Assembly (NCBI RefSeq): GCF_021028975.2
Contig: NC_059436.1
Coordinates: forward strand, 54,002,001 to 54,066,000
Length of the DNA stretch: 64,000 nucleotides
Direction: 5' to 3'
Origin: Sphaerodactylus townsendi
Lineage: Eukaryota
Below, one piece after another: positions 1 to 11,409 of this stretch; the first letter of the stretch is position 1; each line of letters starts with the position of its first letter. The notes under the pieces were generated by a model that was not told the origin of the DNA, ran no database searches, and was given only the letters and a program-made list of their open reading frames with translations. Position numbers and translations under genes: made by a program.

Positions 1-517
1 GGAGGGAAATAAAGCTTCTCCTGCTTGTTGTGTTTGCGCAGGAGCACCTCCAACCTGGGATTGTGCAAAAGGATTGCTGGTTTAGTTATCTACGAAAATC
101 CTCATTTGAGGGGAATAAAACAGGCCAAACTTGTTTTGGGAACAGGACCTGTGCAAACTGCCCTCGCCTAAACGGTTTATGTAACATCCTCCAGACATTG
201 TATTTGGTCTGTGCGGAGTACAGCAAAGATAAAGTAGAGGAGGAAGAATATAACTGCTTTGGGTCCCTATCAAGGAGGGACATAGGGTGTAAAAATCTAA
301 ATAAGTATATATCCTATATATCACGGTGTGACAGCATTGTATTTGATTTTTATGAACATTGAAAGAAAATTTGAGACAGACAGATCTTGGCTTTCTTGAT
401 TTAGCTAAAGAGAGGTTTGTTTCTTATGCAGCCACTGATACAATTATAAGGTTGGGTGCCTCAGAGTCTGTGCAGTCACCCATGCATACATGGAACTGCC
501 TTGAAGAGAATTCAGAC

Positions 518-1022
518 CAGTGGTGGTGAACCTACGGCACGGGTGCCAGAGGTGGCTCTCAGAGCCCTCTCTGTGGGCACGCACAAACAGAGTCACCCCC
601 ACCCCCACATCTAGGCTGGCCTGGGCCGCTGGGCTCGATTATTAGCATTAAACCTAAGACCTAGTTTTGGGGAAGCAGTGCAGGTAACCCTGCTAAGCGC
701 TGTTAAACCCCACTGATTTTCATGCGAAGAACTACCGCGCAATCCTTTACCTGGGAGCAAGCTTGGTTGCTGGCAATGGGGCTTGCTTCTGAGTAAACCC
801 TCCTAGTGTCGTAATTCACCCGTTGGAAGAGTTGCATGGTTGCTTCAAAGCAAAGCCGACTACCACCAAGCTTTCCCCGGAGTAACGCACGCCTCGGAGC
901 CAACTGTTTTTTCTCAACTAAAACCTCAGTTTTCAGGTTAAATTGCCTTGTTGGCACTTTGCGATATATAAGTGGGTTTTGGGTTGCAGTTTCGGCACCC
1001 GGTCTCAAAAAGGTTCGCCACC
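518..1022 (+). mobile_element. Non-autonomous hAT DNA transposon (~510-bp family, copy 1)
   Basis: Starts CAGTGGTGGTGAACC. Right TIR is truncated. Flanks ATTCAGAC / CTTCAGAC resemble an 8-bp TSD. Near-identical to copies at 10076, 41022 and 48016. Confidence 0.85.
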
Positions 1023-1458
1023 TTCAGACCTTCAGACCCTTCATCCACCAAGGTCTGTGCTGCCTACTCAGGCTGGTGGGGCCTCAAGCAGAGGTCCTTC
1101 CCATCGCCAGCTGCCTGGCCCGTTTAACTGGAGATGCTGGGGGTTGAACCTGGGACCTTCTGTATGCCGAGCAGAAGCTTGTGCCTGAAACTGCCTGAAA
1201 CTGAATCAGACATCAAGGCCAGACTTGCCTGCTCAGACTGGTAGTGGCTGCCCAGACTCTACAGCAAAGAAAGGTCTTTCGCATCATCTTCCACATGGCT
1301 CATTCACAAGGGACTGCCATGCTCTTCCCCGAGCCCTTCCCATTGGCCAGCTGTTCAGAATGCCCCATTAGTATCGCACCACCCCTCCAAGTATTGACGG
1401 CAGGTGTGCCGAGGAGTTTGGCCCACAGCCTTTTTGGCCGCCTTGGTACGGTGAGGAG

Positions 1459-1696
1459 GAAGAAGAAGAGTGTGGATTTATATTATAACAAACACCCTGC
1501 GAGGTAGGTGGGGCTGAGAGAGCTCCGAGAAGCTGTGACTAGCCCAAGGTCACCCAGCTGGCGTGTGTGGGAGTGCACAGGCTAATCTGAATTCCCCAGA
1601 TAAGCCTCCACAGCTCAGGCGGCAGAGCTGGGAATCAAACCCGGTTCCTCCTGATTAGATACACAAGCTCTTAACCTCCTACGCCACTGCTGCTCC
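1459..1696 (-). mobile_element. tRNA-derived SINE (Squam3-like)
   Basis: Reverse complement of the copy at 54444-54743. tRNA-like head with A/B boxes and a (TTC)n tail. Confidence 0.8.
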
Positions 1697-3204
1697 TAGG
1701 GTTGCCTCAGCTGGTTTGGAGGCCTGATAAGCCCCCTCAAGGGGCCAGATGTAGCCCACAGGCTGCATGTTCGACACCCCTGGTGTAGGTTGCAGACAGG
1801 CAAGGTCCTGCTGCCGCCATTGGCTTGGGGAGGTGCCTGGTTGAAATATGTCCCCCAAAATCAGCCTTCCCCTCTTCAATGAAATTTCCTTCAGCAGTTT
1901 TTGGGATGAGGCACTTTGAAGTGGTGCTTTCTTCTAGGACCCTGGACAGCTCCCCCCTCGCATCGCCACTTTGGCTCCACCCTTGGTATGTCAGGTCCTG
2001 CCACGGGCTGTCAAAGCCGATCAGCCACACACACTTTGTAGAGCACTTGACAAAGCACAAGGGTGGGGAGGGGGGGTCAGATGCACATGTCATGGAGGCA
2101 GTGTATCCATGTATCATGTCACACATCTGGTGAGGCCCTGAGAACTCACTGCTACTCAGAGCACACAAGACTGCCCTCGATGGTTGCCCTTCGTCAGATG
2201 CATGAAGTTTCTCTTTCAACGGATCTTTGCAGGTACCACTTTCAATCTGCAGGAGGCAGTTGAAGGCTACTTATTCGGGACTGTATTGTACTAATTTTGG
2301 TTTCTTATGAACTGGCAGTCCGTACTGAGATTTCAAAGTGCGATCTTTTACGTTTCCGTGTGTTTTTAAATGGTTGTTCATTTGCATTGTCAGCTGTCTT
2401 GAATTCCACAAGGTAGAAGGGTGGCTAATAAATGTTTTAAGTAGATCAAGTAATGTCTCGGGGGGGGGGGGGGGGCCATGACCTCAGACAGCTCCCCACC
2501 CGTGGAATTTGTGTTTTTTTCTGATACTTCTTTGGAATCCAAGCAGTATTGTCATTAGGACCCACTGTGGTTTAGCAATCTGTTCCGTGAGTGTTTGAAC
2601 TTCACATCATTCAGCATCTGAACAAGTGGAAGAATGTGAGGGTTTTCCTGCCGCTGTGAATCCAGTCAAAACTATGTGCCTGCTGTGCTGTTTCTTCCAG
2701 CTGCCACGTGCTGGCAATGAGGCTGGCAACAAAAGAGACCTCACCAAGGCTCCCCTGGGCCACGCCTCAGTGAGAACCTCTTCCCAAGCACCATCCTAAC
2801 TCATTCTATTTTAATTGATACCTGTGTTTGTTTGCAATCAGCATAAGCTTATTTGGGAACCAATTTCTGTCGGAAAAGTAGGATTTATCTCTCGTATAGA
2901 ATTTTCTTCAGTGACCTCTAATTCCATTTCATTGTCTAATCTGATAGTGGTGGAAAGTGTCACCAAGTCACAGCTGACTTTTGGCAGCCCCACAGGGTTT
3001 CCACGGCAAAAGGCTAAAAGAGGTGATTTGCCACTGCGTGCCTCTGTGTAGTGGCCCTGGGTGCAGTGAGCAAGCTTGATTTGCATGTGTTGGGTGGAAT
3101 CAAGCTTGCTAATTGCACCTTTTACACTTATTAACAGGCAAATGGTTCTTCCTCCCACCCTGGACATTCCACAGGTATATATACTCCACTTGCTTTACTA
3201 CCAT

Positions 3205-3335
3205 CAGATCCTCCGAAGATGCCAGCCTCAGATGCAGGCGAAACGTCAGGAGAAAATGCTATTAGAACACGGCCATACAGCCCAGAAACCCCACAAAATC
3301 CCAGTGATTCCGGCTGTGAAAGCCTTTGACAATAT
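3205..3335 (+). mobile_element. Penelope-like element terminal repeat fragment with mutated hammerhead core
   Basis: Same sequence as 52519-52643, but the core reads CCGAAGA instead of CTGAAGA. Confidence 0.75.
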
Positions 3336-3489
3336 ATTAACTTCTTACTTCCTGTGATGAGTTTAGTTATCCTATTGATGTCTCTTAATTACTACAAATG
3401 TTTTATTGTTTTCATTATATGAATGGACTATTTTTAACCACTTCCACAATCTCCATTTGAGAGAGAGGGCTAAAATAATCTAAAATGAT

Positions 3490-3656
3490 AGAATAAATCG
3501 ACCTCTGTCCAACTTGACCTCTGCGTTTAGCAGAGGCCAACTTACTGGAGGTCCCTGGCCCCTCAATGATACGGCTGGTCTCCACTTGAGCCAGGGTTTT
3601 TACGGCTCTGGCACCAGCCTGGAGTAACACTCTCCCTCCAGCTGTCTGGGCCCTGC
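3490..3656 (+). mobile_element. L2-like LINE 3' fragment, interrupted by the Gypsy element (continues at 7892-8148)
   Basis: Removing the LTR element rejoins ...TGTCTGGGCCCTGC|GGGACCTTGGGGATTTCCGCAGGGCCTGTAAGACTGAGTTGTTCC, similar to L2 3' ends at ~47060-47620 and ~57655-58130. Confidence 0.65.
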
Positions 3657-3999
3657 TGTCAGAACCCCCAATAAAAAACAAACTCGTGCTGTAGAGCAGA
3701 AGCTTTATTTTAGATGAGTCTGCGAAGCAAAGCTGAGAATGGCAAATTCCAACACACACAACTCATATAACACTTTGGCCACCCCACCCCCATCCTTGGG
3801 AACGAGGGCTCCACAGAGAACACACGGAGATAGCAAGGGGGGGAGCGCAGGCAGTGACCTTGAAGACACCTGCGATGTGTAGACTTCCCAGAGCAGCTAG
3901 AAAATACAGTTAAGACAGCAGTAACCCTTTAAACCCCCTCCCAACAGTGAAACAATGAAATGCAGCAAAAGCAACCCCTCTCTTTTAGGCCTCCTGACA
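3657..3999 (-). repeat. 3' LTR (343 bp)
   Basis: TG...CA termini. AATAAA on the minus strand at 3704-3709. Differs from the 5' LTR by 2 substitutions and a 12-bp indel. Confidence 0.95.
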
Positions 4000-4010
4000 T
4001 ACTGCATCCT

Positions 4011-4874
4011 TTATGGCTTTTCTCCCGGCTTGTTTGGCCAACGTTGATGAAACCTTTTGACAAGGCCGGGGGCTTTTATGTTGTGGGCAAAGATCCACTG
4101 ATTTTGCCCAGGCAAACAACCCTTCCAGGAGACCAAATACTGCAAGCTGTTACGATACAAGCGAGAATCAAGAATATCAGACAGTTCATAATGCTTGGAG
4201 CCATCAATCAGAATCGGAGGAGGCACTTTCATCTCTGGATGCCAGACGTCCGGGGAAGTTGTCTTCTTCAGGAGACTGCAATGAAACACAGGGTGTAATT
4301 TACTCAAAGCTTTAGGCAAGTCCAGTTCAGCAGTTACCTTATTTATAACCCTGACAATTCGGAAGGGGCCCACATATTTCGCACTCAGCTTGGAGGGTCG
4401 GTGCAGGCTGCGCAAATTCTTAGTAGACAAATAGACCATGTCACCCACCACCAGAGGGAAATCACGCCTATGTTTATTTGCCTGACGCTTGTAGGCCTCC
4501 CTAGCCTTCATAAGAGCCCGAAGGATGCCCGGCCCCTGCTGAGCCACCGACTGAATCCAATCCTGAAGTTCAGGTGCAGGCGAAGAGTCAGACATCAGCA
4601 AATGAGGCAAGGGGGGAGCTGCCTGGCCATGAACCACCTCAAAAGGAGTTTTGCCCGTACTGCTATGAACAGAGTTATTATAGGCGTATTCAGCATAGGG
4701 CAACAGATCAACCCAATTATCTTGCTGATAATTGGCATAACACCTGAGGTATTGCTCCAATGTCTGTTGAGATCTCTCGGTCTCGCCGTCGGTCTGGGGA
4801 TGAAAGGCAGATGAGACCCCCTGCTCCACCCCCAACAATTTGAGCAAAGCCCTCCAGAAACGCGACACAAACAT
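4011..4874 (-). CDS. Gypsy integrase C-terminal part with GPF motif and chromodomain (after a 1-bp frameshift near 4875)
   Basis: FHPQTDGETER (catalytic E), YVGPFRIV and the chromodomain YELSDILDSR..LQYLVSWKG..W. Stop lies 11 nt before the 3' LTR. Confidence 0.9.
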   Translation of the reverse strand: MFVSRFWRALLKLLGVEQGVSSAFHPQTDGETERSQQTLEQYLRCYANYQQDNWVDLLPYAEYAYNNSVHSSTGKTPFEVVHGQAAPPLPHLLMSDSSPAPELQDWIQSVAQQGPGILRALMKAREAYKRQANKHRRDFPLVVGDMVYLSTKNLRSLHRPSKLSAKYVGPFRIVRVINKVTAELDLPKALSKLHPVFHCSLLKKTTSPDVWHPEMKVPPPILIDGSKHYELSDILDSRLYRNSLQYLVSWKGCLPGQNQWIFAHNIKAPGLVKRFHQRWPNKPGEKP

Positions 4875-7417
4875 GCCCCCCCATCTGAAATTATCTTCTT
4901 CGGAAACAAATGTAAACGGTAGATATGCAGCATGAACAGTTCAGCCAATTTCTGAGCAGTGGGAATAGAAGAACAAGGAATAAAGTGGGCCTGTTTCGAG
5001 AATAAATCCACTACAGTCCAAATCACCGTTTTGCCATGACTTAGCGGCAGGTCCGTAATGAAATCCATGGAAATCACCTGCCAGGGAGCACTAGGCAAAG
5101 CAATGTCCTGTAACAGACCCTGCGCCTTTGCAGGAATCGTCTTAGCCATGGCACACACAGGACATCCTTTGATATAATCCTCAATATCCTTACGCATAGT
5201 TCTCCACCAAAACTGCCTCCTGAGCAAGTGCAGAGTTTTCACAAAGCCGAAATGGCCAGCAGTTTTAACATCATGTCCCTGGTGGAGAATTTGAGAACGC
5301 AATGAGGGTGGAACAAACAGCAGAGATCCACGATACCAGAGACCATTCTGTAAGATCAGCCCATCACCCCCCTCCTCCTTTGCAACCGGAGACAGGCCAG
5401 CCGTTAGGAATGCAGAGAGGAGGTGATCTGGAGGAGACAGGCCAGGCTTGTCCTGAGCTAGCATGCGAGACCGGGTAACAACCAGGCCCAAATGGGAGGG
5501 CGAGAGGATTGTGCGGGTAAGAACAGAGAGAGATGAGGATTCACCCCCCTGTGGCAACCGGGAGAGTGCGTCCGCCAACCGATTGGTCTTACCCGGAAAG
5601 AAATGAACAGTGAACCGGAATCTAGCAAAGAAATCAGCCCAACGCGGCTGTTTAGCTGTCAGACGACCCGGGGTGCACAAAGCAGCCAGGTTCTTATGGT
5701 CAGTCCAAACTTCAAAAGGCTGTTCAGCTCCTTCCAAAAAATGCCTCCACACAGACAGAGCAACTTTCATAGCACAGGTTTCCTTATCCCCCACAGTCCA
5801 ATTCAGCTCAGCCCCAGAAAATTTACGGGAAAGGTAGGCACAGGGACGAAGGCGACCCATGGGGTCCCTCTGGAGGAGGGCAGCCCCAAGAGCCTTGTCT
5901 GAGGCATCCACGTGCAACACAAAGGGCCGAGAGGGGTCAGGATGAGCCAAAACAGGTTCAGATGTGAACGCCGCCTTCAGATTGTCAAAGGCTGCCTGGC
6001 AGGAAGGACCCCAGGGCAAACTGGCACCAGGGCGGGCCGCAGCAGCACCCCGTGATGTAGTACGCAGGAGGTCAGTCAGGGGCAGAGCCAGGGAGGAAAA
6101 ATTCGGAATAAAGTCACGGTAGAAATTTGCAAAGCCCAGAAAGGACTGGAGTTGTTTACGGGAGCGGGGGGGCTGCCAGGCGAGCACATCAGCTACTTTG
6201 GCAGGGTCCATTTGTAATCCAGCAGCAGAAATACGGTAACCTAAAAAGTCAAGCTGAGATTTGTGGAATTCACACTTGGAAAGCTTCACAAACAGAGAGT
6301 TAGCAAGAAGTCTCGTCAAGACCTCTCTAACCAAGGCAACATGAGAGGCTTCGTCCTGTGTATAGATCAAAACATCATCTAAATAGACAACCACCCCCTT
6401 GAACAACAAGTCATGCAGAACACCGTTAATCAAACTTTGAAACACGGCTGGCGCCCCCGTGAGGCCAAATGGGAGAACACAGTACTCGAATTGACCGTAT
6501 CTCGTGTTGAAGGCCGTCAGGTGCTCATGCCCCTCTGCCATCCTGACGCGATAGTACGCTTCCCTCAAATCCAACTTAGTGAAAATCTTGCCAGAGCCCA
6601 GGTTAGACAACAAATCCTTGATTAACGGCAAGGGGTATCTATTAGAGCTAGACACAGCGTTCAGGCCGCGGTAATCTGTGCAAAGGCGAAGCGTGCCATC
6701 CTTCTTCTTCACAAACAAAACAGGGGCAGCATAAGCACTGCGTGCTTTCTGAATAAAACCCCGAGCCAAATTCTTGTCCAAAAAAGCCCTCAATTCAGCA
6801 TCCTCAAGGGGACTCATTGGATAAATCCTGCCCTTGGGGAGTTTCGCCCCCGGAATCAGTTCAATCCTACAGTCCGTCTCTCGATGGGGAGGTAGCACAT
6901 CACACTCGGTTTCCTCAAAGACACGTTGTAAATCCTGATAAGGGGCAGGAATCACAGGAGCACTGCTGGCCGGCTGAAGGCTGCACGCCATGCCCTTAGA
7001 CGCACCTAACAAGTGGTCGGGAGGTTCAGAAGCTTGCATCATTCTCCAGGCTGCAGTGTCAGAGGCATCAGCTCGGTCCGCAGAACGGTCGGATAAGTTC
7101 CCAGCCAAGGGAGCTGTCGCCCACGTGGCACTGGACGTTCCCCACGGCAGGGAATCCCGGAGCATTTCAGCATTTCTACGACGCCTCATGGTAACTCCTT
7201 GTGAGGCGTCCAACGGAGCAGTCAAAAATCGAGTGGGAGCCTCCAGATAGCTGGTCGCAGGCAGTTCACCTCCGGAGGCAACTGTAAATCCAGCCGTAAC
7301 GCGGGGTCCCTCCAAGGGATCCGGTATTGAGTCCGACCCAGTTAAATCAGGCTCCAGGGGGAGTACTGGTTCAACTCTCAGAGTATCATCCCCACCGGCA
7401 GCACCCGAGGTCGACAT
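4595..7417 (-). CDS. Gag-N-terminus/Pol fusion ORF: RT, RNase H and integrase N-half (runs out of frame after ~4875)
   Basis: RT motifs LCTDYRGLN, KLDLREAY, LPFGL, YLDD. RNase H VDASD..LGAAL, WTDHKNL. Integrase HHCC (GH..AGH..CPVC), SMDFITDLP, IISDGG. Confidence 0.92.
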   Translation of the reverse strand: MSTSGAAGGDDTLRVEPVLPLEPDLTGSDSIPDPLEGPRVTAGFTVASGGELPATSYLEAPTRFLTAPLDASQGVTMRRRRNAEMLRDSLPWGTSSATWATAPLAGNLSDRSADRADASDTAAWRMMQASEPPDHLLGASKGMACSLQPASSAPVIPAPYQDLQRVFEETECDVLPPHRETDCRIELIPGAKLPKGRIYPMSPLEDAELRAFLDKNLARGFIQKARSAYAAPVLFVKKKDGTLRLCTDYRGLNAVSSSNRYPLPLIKDLLSNLGSGKIFTKLDLREAYYRVRMAEGHEHLTAFNTRYGQFEYCVLPFGLTGAPAVFQSLINGVLHDLLFKGVVVYLDDVLIYTQDEASHVALVREVLTRLLANSLFVKLSKCEFHKSQLDFLGYRISAAGLQMDPAKVADVLAWQPPRSRKQLQSFLGFANFYRDFIPNFSSLALPLTDLLRTTSRGAAAARPGASLPWGPSCQAAFDNLKAAFTSEPVLAHPDPSRPFVLHVDASDKALGAALLQRDPMGRLRPCAYLSRKFSGAELNWTVGDKETCAMKVALSVWRHFLEGAEQPFEVWTDHKNLAALCTPGRLTAKQPRWADFFARFRFTVHFFPGKTNRLADALSRLPQGGESSSLSVLTRTILSPSHLGLVVTRSRMLAQDKPGLSPPDHLLSAFLTAGLSPVAKEEGGDGLILQNGLWYRGSLLFVPPSLRSQILHQGHDVKTAGHFGFVKTLHLLRRQFWWRTMRKDIEDYIKGCPVCAMAKTIPAKAQGLLQDIALPSAPWQVISMDFITDLPLSHGKTVIWTVVDLFSKQAHFIPCSSIPTAQKLAELFMLHIYRLHLFPKKIISDGGACLCRVSGGLCSNCWGWSRGSHLPFIPRPTARPRDLNRHWSNTSGVMPIISKIIGLICCPMLNTPIITLFIAVRAKLLLRWFMARQLPPCLIC

Positions 7418-7542
7418 ACTGACGCACAGAAGTCCTCAGGCAGAAAAAATAAAGTCCAGAAAATCAAGGAAAAAATAAATAAAAAATTGTAGAAGGTGCA
7501 ATTCCAGCAAGCAAGTCCGCATGGAATTCAGCCTTAAAGGGG

Positions 7543-7553
7543 ATTCTCAGCTT
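7543..7553 (-). promoter_or_regulatory. Self-priming primer-binding site (11 nt)
   Basis: Minus-strand AAGCTGAGAAT, 2 nt inside the 5' LTR boundary. It is exactly complementary to ATTCTCAGCTT at 7639-7629 in the LTR and has no TGG tRNA-type start. Confidence 0.85.
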
Positions 7554-7555
7554 AA

Positions 7556-7886
7556 TGTCAGAACCCCCAATAAAAAACAAACTCGTGCTGTAGAGCAGAA
7601 GCTTTATTTTAGATGAGTCTGCGAAGCAAAGCTGAGAATGGCAAATTCCAACACACACAACTCATATAACACTTCGGCCACCCCACCCCCATCCTTGGGA
7701 ACGAGGGCTCCACAGAGAACACACGGAGATAGCAAGGGGGGGAGCGCAGGCAGTGACCTTGAAGACACCTGCGATGTGTAGACTTCCCAGAGCAGCTAGA
7801 AAATACAGTTAAGACAGCAGTAACCCTTTAAACCCCCTCCCAACAGTGAAACAATGAAATGCAGCAAAAGCAATCCCTCTCTGACA
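7556..7886 (-). repeat. 5' LTR (331 bp)
   Basis: TG...CA termini. TATA at 7668-7665 and AATAAA at 7608-7603 on the minus strand. Confidence 0.95.
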
Positions 7887-8148
7887 CCTGCGGGACCTTG
7901 GGGATTTCCGCAGGGCCTGTAAGACTGAGTTGTTCCACCGGGCCTTTGGAGAGACCAGCAGCTGAGGGTGCCCCAGCCCCCCTCCTCCTTACCCCCCATG
8001 GGCCCAATACCATCAGGACCCATATTTTTCATTAGGAGGGCTTCGTAAGGGATCCATGGGGTGATGTTTTAAGATGACTGTTGTTTTAAACGATATGTAT
8101 GGTTTTAGTTGATGTTTTATTGTACACCGCCCTGAGCCCTCCAGGGAT

Positions 8149-8368
8149 NNNNNNNNNNNNNNNNNNNNNNNNNNNNNNNNNNNNNNNNNNNNNNNNNNNN
8201 NNNNNNNNNNNNNNNNNNNNNNNNNNNNNNNNNNNNNNNNNNNNNNNNNNNNNNNNNNNNNNNNNNNNNNNNNNNNNNNNNNNNNNNNNNNNNNNNNNNN
8301 NNNNNNNNNNNNNNNNNNNNNNNNNNNNNNNNNNNNNNNNNNNNNNNNNNNNNNNNNNNNNNNNNNNN
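8149..8368. other. Assembly gap (220 N)
   Basis: Run of N. Confidence 1.
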
Positions 8369-10075
8369 CCATTATACAGAAAGCAGTGACGTGGCCTGCG
8401 GGGGTGGAAGGGTTAACCTTTCTCCCATTTTGCAGCCTGATCCAGCCGCCCTCTTGCCCACCACAGCTGCTGTGTAAACTGGAAAAGCCCATCGCTGCTC
8501 AGTGGGGGGCTCTCCAATGTTACTTCTTTGCAGGACCTGTAAAGTGACCTGCTATTGCAGAAACCTTCTTGTATTGACTTAGGACTTTCTCAGTGTTTGC
8601 TTTGGAGAATGGTCCTTTTCACAGCTTATCACAAAGATCTGTCCAAACGTGCCCTCTGCCCTTTGCTCTGGCTGGTTTTGGAGGCTTCAAGTGGGTAGGT
8701 AAAATGAAGGGTGCAGAGAGAAAATAGCATTTGAGCAGATTCAGGTGGTTTGTCAGGGGGATGCATGCCTGAGTAAACAAAATGCATTCTGTAATCACCA
8801 GATACAACCAATCAATGTCTCTTTGATATAAGTGTGAGCTGCTACATGTTACCATTGCCGTCTGTGCATTCCTTCCTTGACCTATGCTTTATGGCTTTGC
8901 CTACTTTGTAGTAAACTAGGCTTCCCCTGCATCTCCTGTCCCATGAGAAAAGAGTTACAACTATTATCTTGTTGTGGGATGTCAGAATCCCAAAAACTGA
9001 AACAAACAGTAGTTTATTGAGCATTGAGGATCTTCTCTGGTCATGCCAGAACTGAGGTTTCCCCGTGCAAAACCCACTAGTTAAAGTGGTTCGCACCCCC
9101 CCCCCTTCCTGGGAAAGCGTGCTCAAAAGGAACTGTGAAAGAGATAACAGTAGAGATGGCAAGGCACTGACCTTGAGCAGCACCTGGTACAGTATACATC
9201 ACACAAAAGACAGTTGCAAGTCAGTTAGAAATGCAATTAACCCATTCCACCACCCCCTAGCATACAGAAAGCAGCAATAGCAAAATCCCCATAATAACAG
9301 GCCTCCTGACATGGGCAGAGGACCAGATGGTTCCCTGTTGCTGACCTTGGGGCAGTCTCGGTTCCAGAGGCTGCCACTGGGAAGCTGGGAGGGGGGAATC
9401 TGTAGGGGATATATGGGTCTGTGAATGCCAGTGTCTTCAGAACTGACTTTCGCCAAGTATGGCGCTTCAATACCTTATGAATAAACGCTAATGATTGATA
9501 CTTCAGTGTCTGTTTATTGGCTTAAGGTTCCGAGACCTAACACTGCTGCAATGCCTGATGGGAAAAAATCATAGTGAGCTCAACCAAAGCTCAAACTGTG
9601 TTACTTATATTTTCATCCTACTTGTTATCCAAAGACCAGCTCCCAGGAATCAGAGGACAATATACAGAACGATTGACTTTTTAAAAGTTTCTTGGAGAGG
9701 AGCCCCTCTGCTGGCTGTTTCCTGACCTCCTTCTGATCACCTCAGGTCTCAGCAAGTCCCTTTATCCCATCCGCCTACACCATATCTACAACTATTCAAC
9801 AATAATTTTGCAGAACAGCATGCAAGGTGTTGTACAGATCACAGAAGGGGCAAGTTATTTGTTCAAAAGCCCCCTAATTTCATACCTTCCATTTACATGA
9901 TGTAGGCAGGTAACAGGAATATACAGACTGAACTGCCCAATACTTTGTTGCCTTAACTTGCTTTTAAAACTACACTTACTTTTAAAACTACACTTTGTTT
10001 TAAAAACTCTTTTGTATGTGTGCAGAATTGTCACCCAGCTAAATATCTTTTCCCATCCTCAAGCTGCTCTTAGAC

Positions 10076-10591
10076 CAGTGGTGGTGAACCTATGGCACGG
10101 GTGCCAGAGGTGGTACTCAGAGCCCTCTCTGTGGGCATGCACAAACAGGGTCACACACCCACACACACATATCTAGGCTGGCCTGGGCCACTGGGCTCGA
10201 TTATTAGCATTAAACCTAAGGCCTAATTTTGGGGAAGCAGTGTAGGTAACTCTATCAAGTGCTGTTAAACCCCACAGATTTTCATGTGAAGAACTAAAGT
10301 GCGATCCTTTAACTGGGAGTAAGCTCAGTTGCTGGCAATGGGGCTTGCTTCTGAGTAAACCCTTCTAGGGTCGTGATTCACCTGTTGGGAGAGCTGCACG
10401 GTTTCTTCAAAGCAAAGCCACCGACAACCACCAAGCTTGCTCCCGAGTAGCGCATGCCTCTGATCCAACCGTTTTTTAAAAACTAAAACCTCAGTATTCA
10501 GGTTAAATAGCTGTGTTGGCACTTTGCAATAAATAAGTGGGTTTTGGGTGGCAGTATGGGCACTCAGTCTCGTAAAGGTTCGCCACCACTG
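10076..10591 (+). mobile_element. Non-autonomous hAT DNA transposon (~510-bp family, copy 2)
   Basis: TIR CAGTGGTGGTGAACC...GGTTCGCCACCACTG. Perfect 8-bp TSD TCTTAGAC. Confidence 0.92.
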
Positions 10592-10875
10592 TCTTAGACT
10601 CTTAAATTCCAGGTTAAAATCTACTATGTTCATGAGATGTGGAAATCTGGAAACCAGAATGTTTAACCAAATAACTGTTAGCTTGTCTTTGTTGCTTATT
10701 TGCACATGCATTTTGTAATAATTTGCCACCAGCTAGGATCTGGAATTCTGAATGCTGTTCAGCTCTTTTCAAATCATCTGCTCATAGTATGTAGCATATA
10801 CATCTACAACCTATCCTGAGACATAATTGCCTAAGGTTGGAATGTCTGGTGACAACTCACTTCTAACCAATCACC

Positions 10876-11212
10876 TGTCAAGACCATGCCTGTCAGTATC
10901 TTGATGTCTTGCTGTGTGTGATTTGCAATTGTTTTCCTGTTTCCCTCTTCCCTTCCTAGCAATCTCCTGGTGCCAGCCCATCTTCAAAGAGGTGTGAAAG
11001 GTTCCCAGGCCCTTTGTAGCTTTGTAGTAGAAACTGTAATGGACATTTGGCATGGGGCAAAATGGGGGGGGGGGTGTTAAAAGATATAAGTCCTGGATCT
11101 GAGCTCTCTAGCTCAGATCCTGCTTTATTTTGTTACTCTTCACATCACCTGGAATAAACTGCTTTTGGACTTTCCTACGGTCTCTGTTATTTCCACGTTT
11201 GAGAGTCTGACA
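10876..11212 (+). mobile_element. Solo LTR (Gypsy-type)
   Basis: TGTCA...TGACA, 5-bp TSD TCACC, internal TATAA (~11085) and AATAAA (~11153). Confidence 0.8.
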
Positions 11213-11409
11213 TCACCATGCAGTCCATTCCCCCACCTGCCCTCCTCTCACCCCAAACACCACGCTGGGCCCAGCACAAGGCCTGGTACCAGCCTCCCCA
11301 TTCCCCTTGCTCTCCCCTTCCCAAACACCAATCCGGGCCCCAAATGCCAAGCTTTAAAAACAAACTACAGGCTAAAGCTTGCTGGGCCTGGAGGACAAAG
11401 GCTTTAAGC

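Larger units (their letters stand above)
3657..7886 (-). mobile_element. Ty3/Gypsy chromovirus (Tf1/sushi-like) LTR retrotransposon, internally deleted (no CA/NC/PR)
   Basis: LTRs at 7556-7886 (5') and 3657-3999 (3'), both TGTCAG...CTGACA. 5-bp TSD CCTGC at 3652-3656 and 7887-7891. Internal order RT-RNaseH-IN-chromodomain. Confidence 0.97.

Noticed and set aside
8980-9542. LTR-like segment TGTCAG...CTAACA
   Set aside because: No matching TSD was found, so the boundaries are unsupported.
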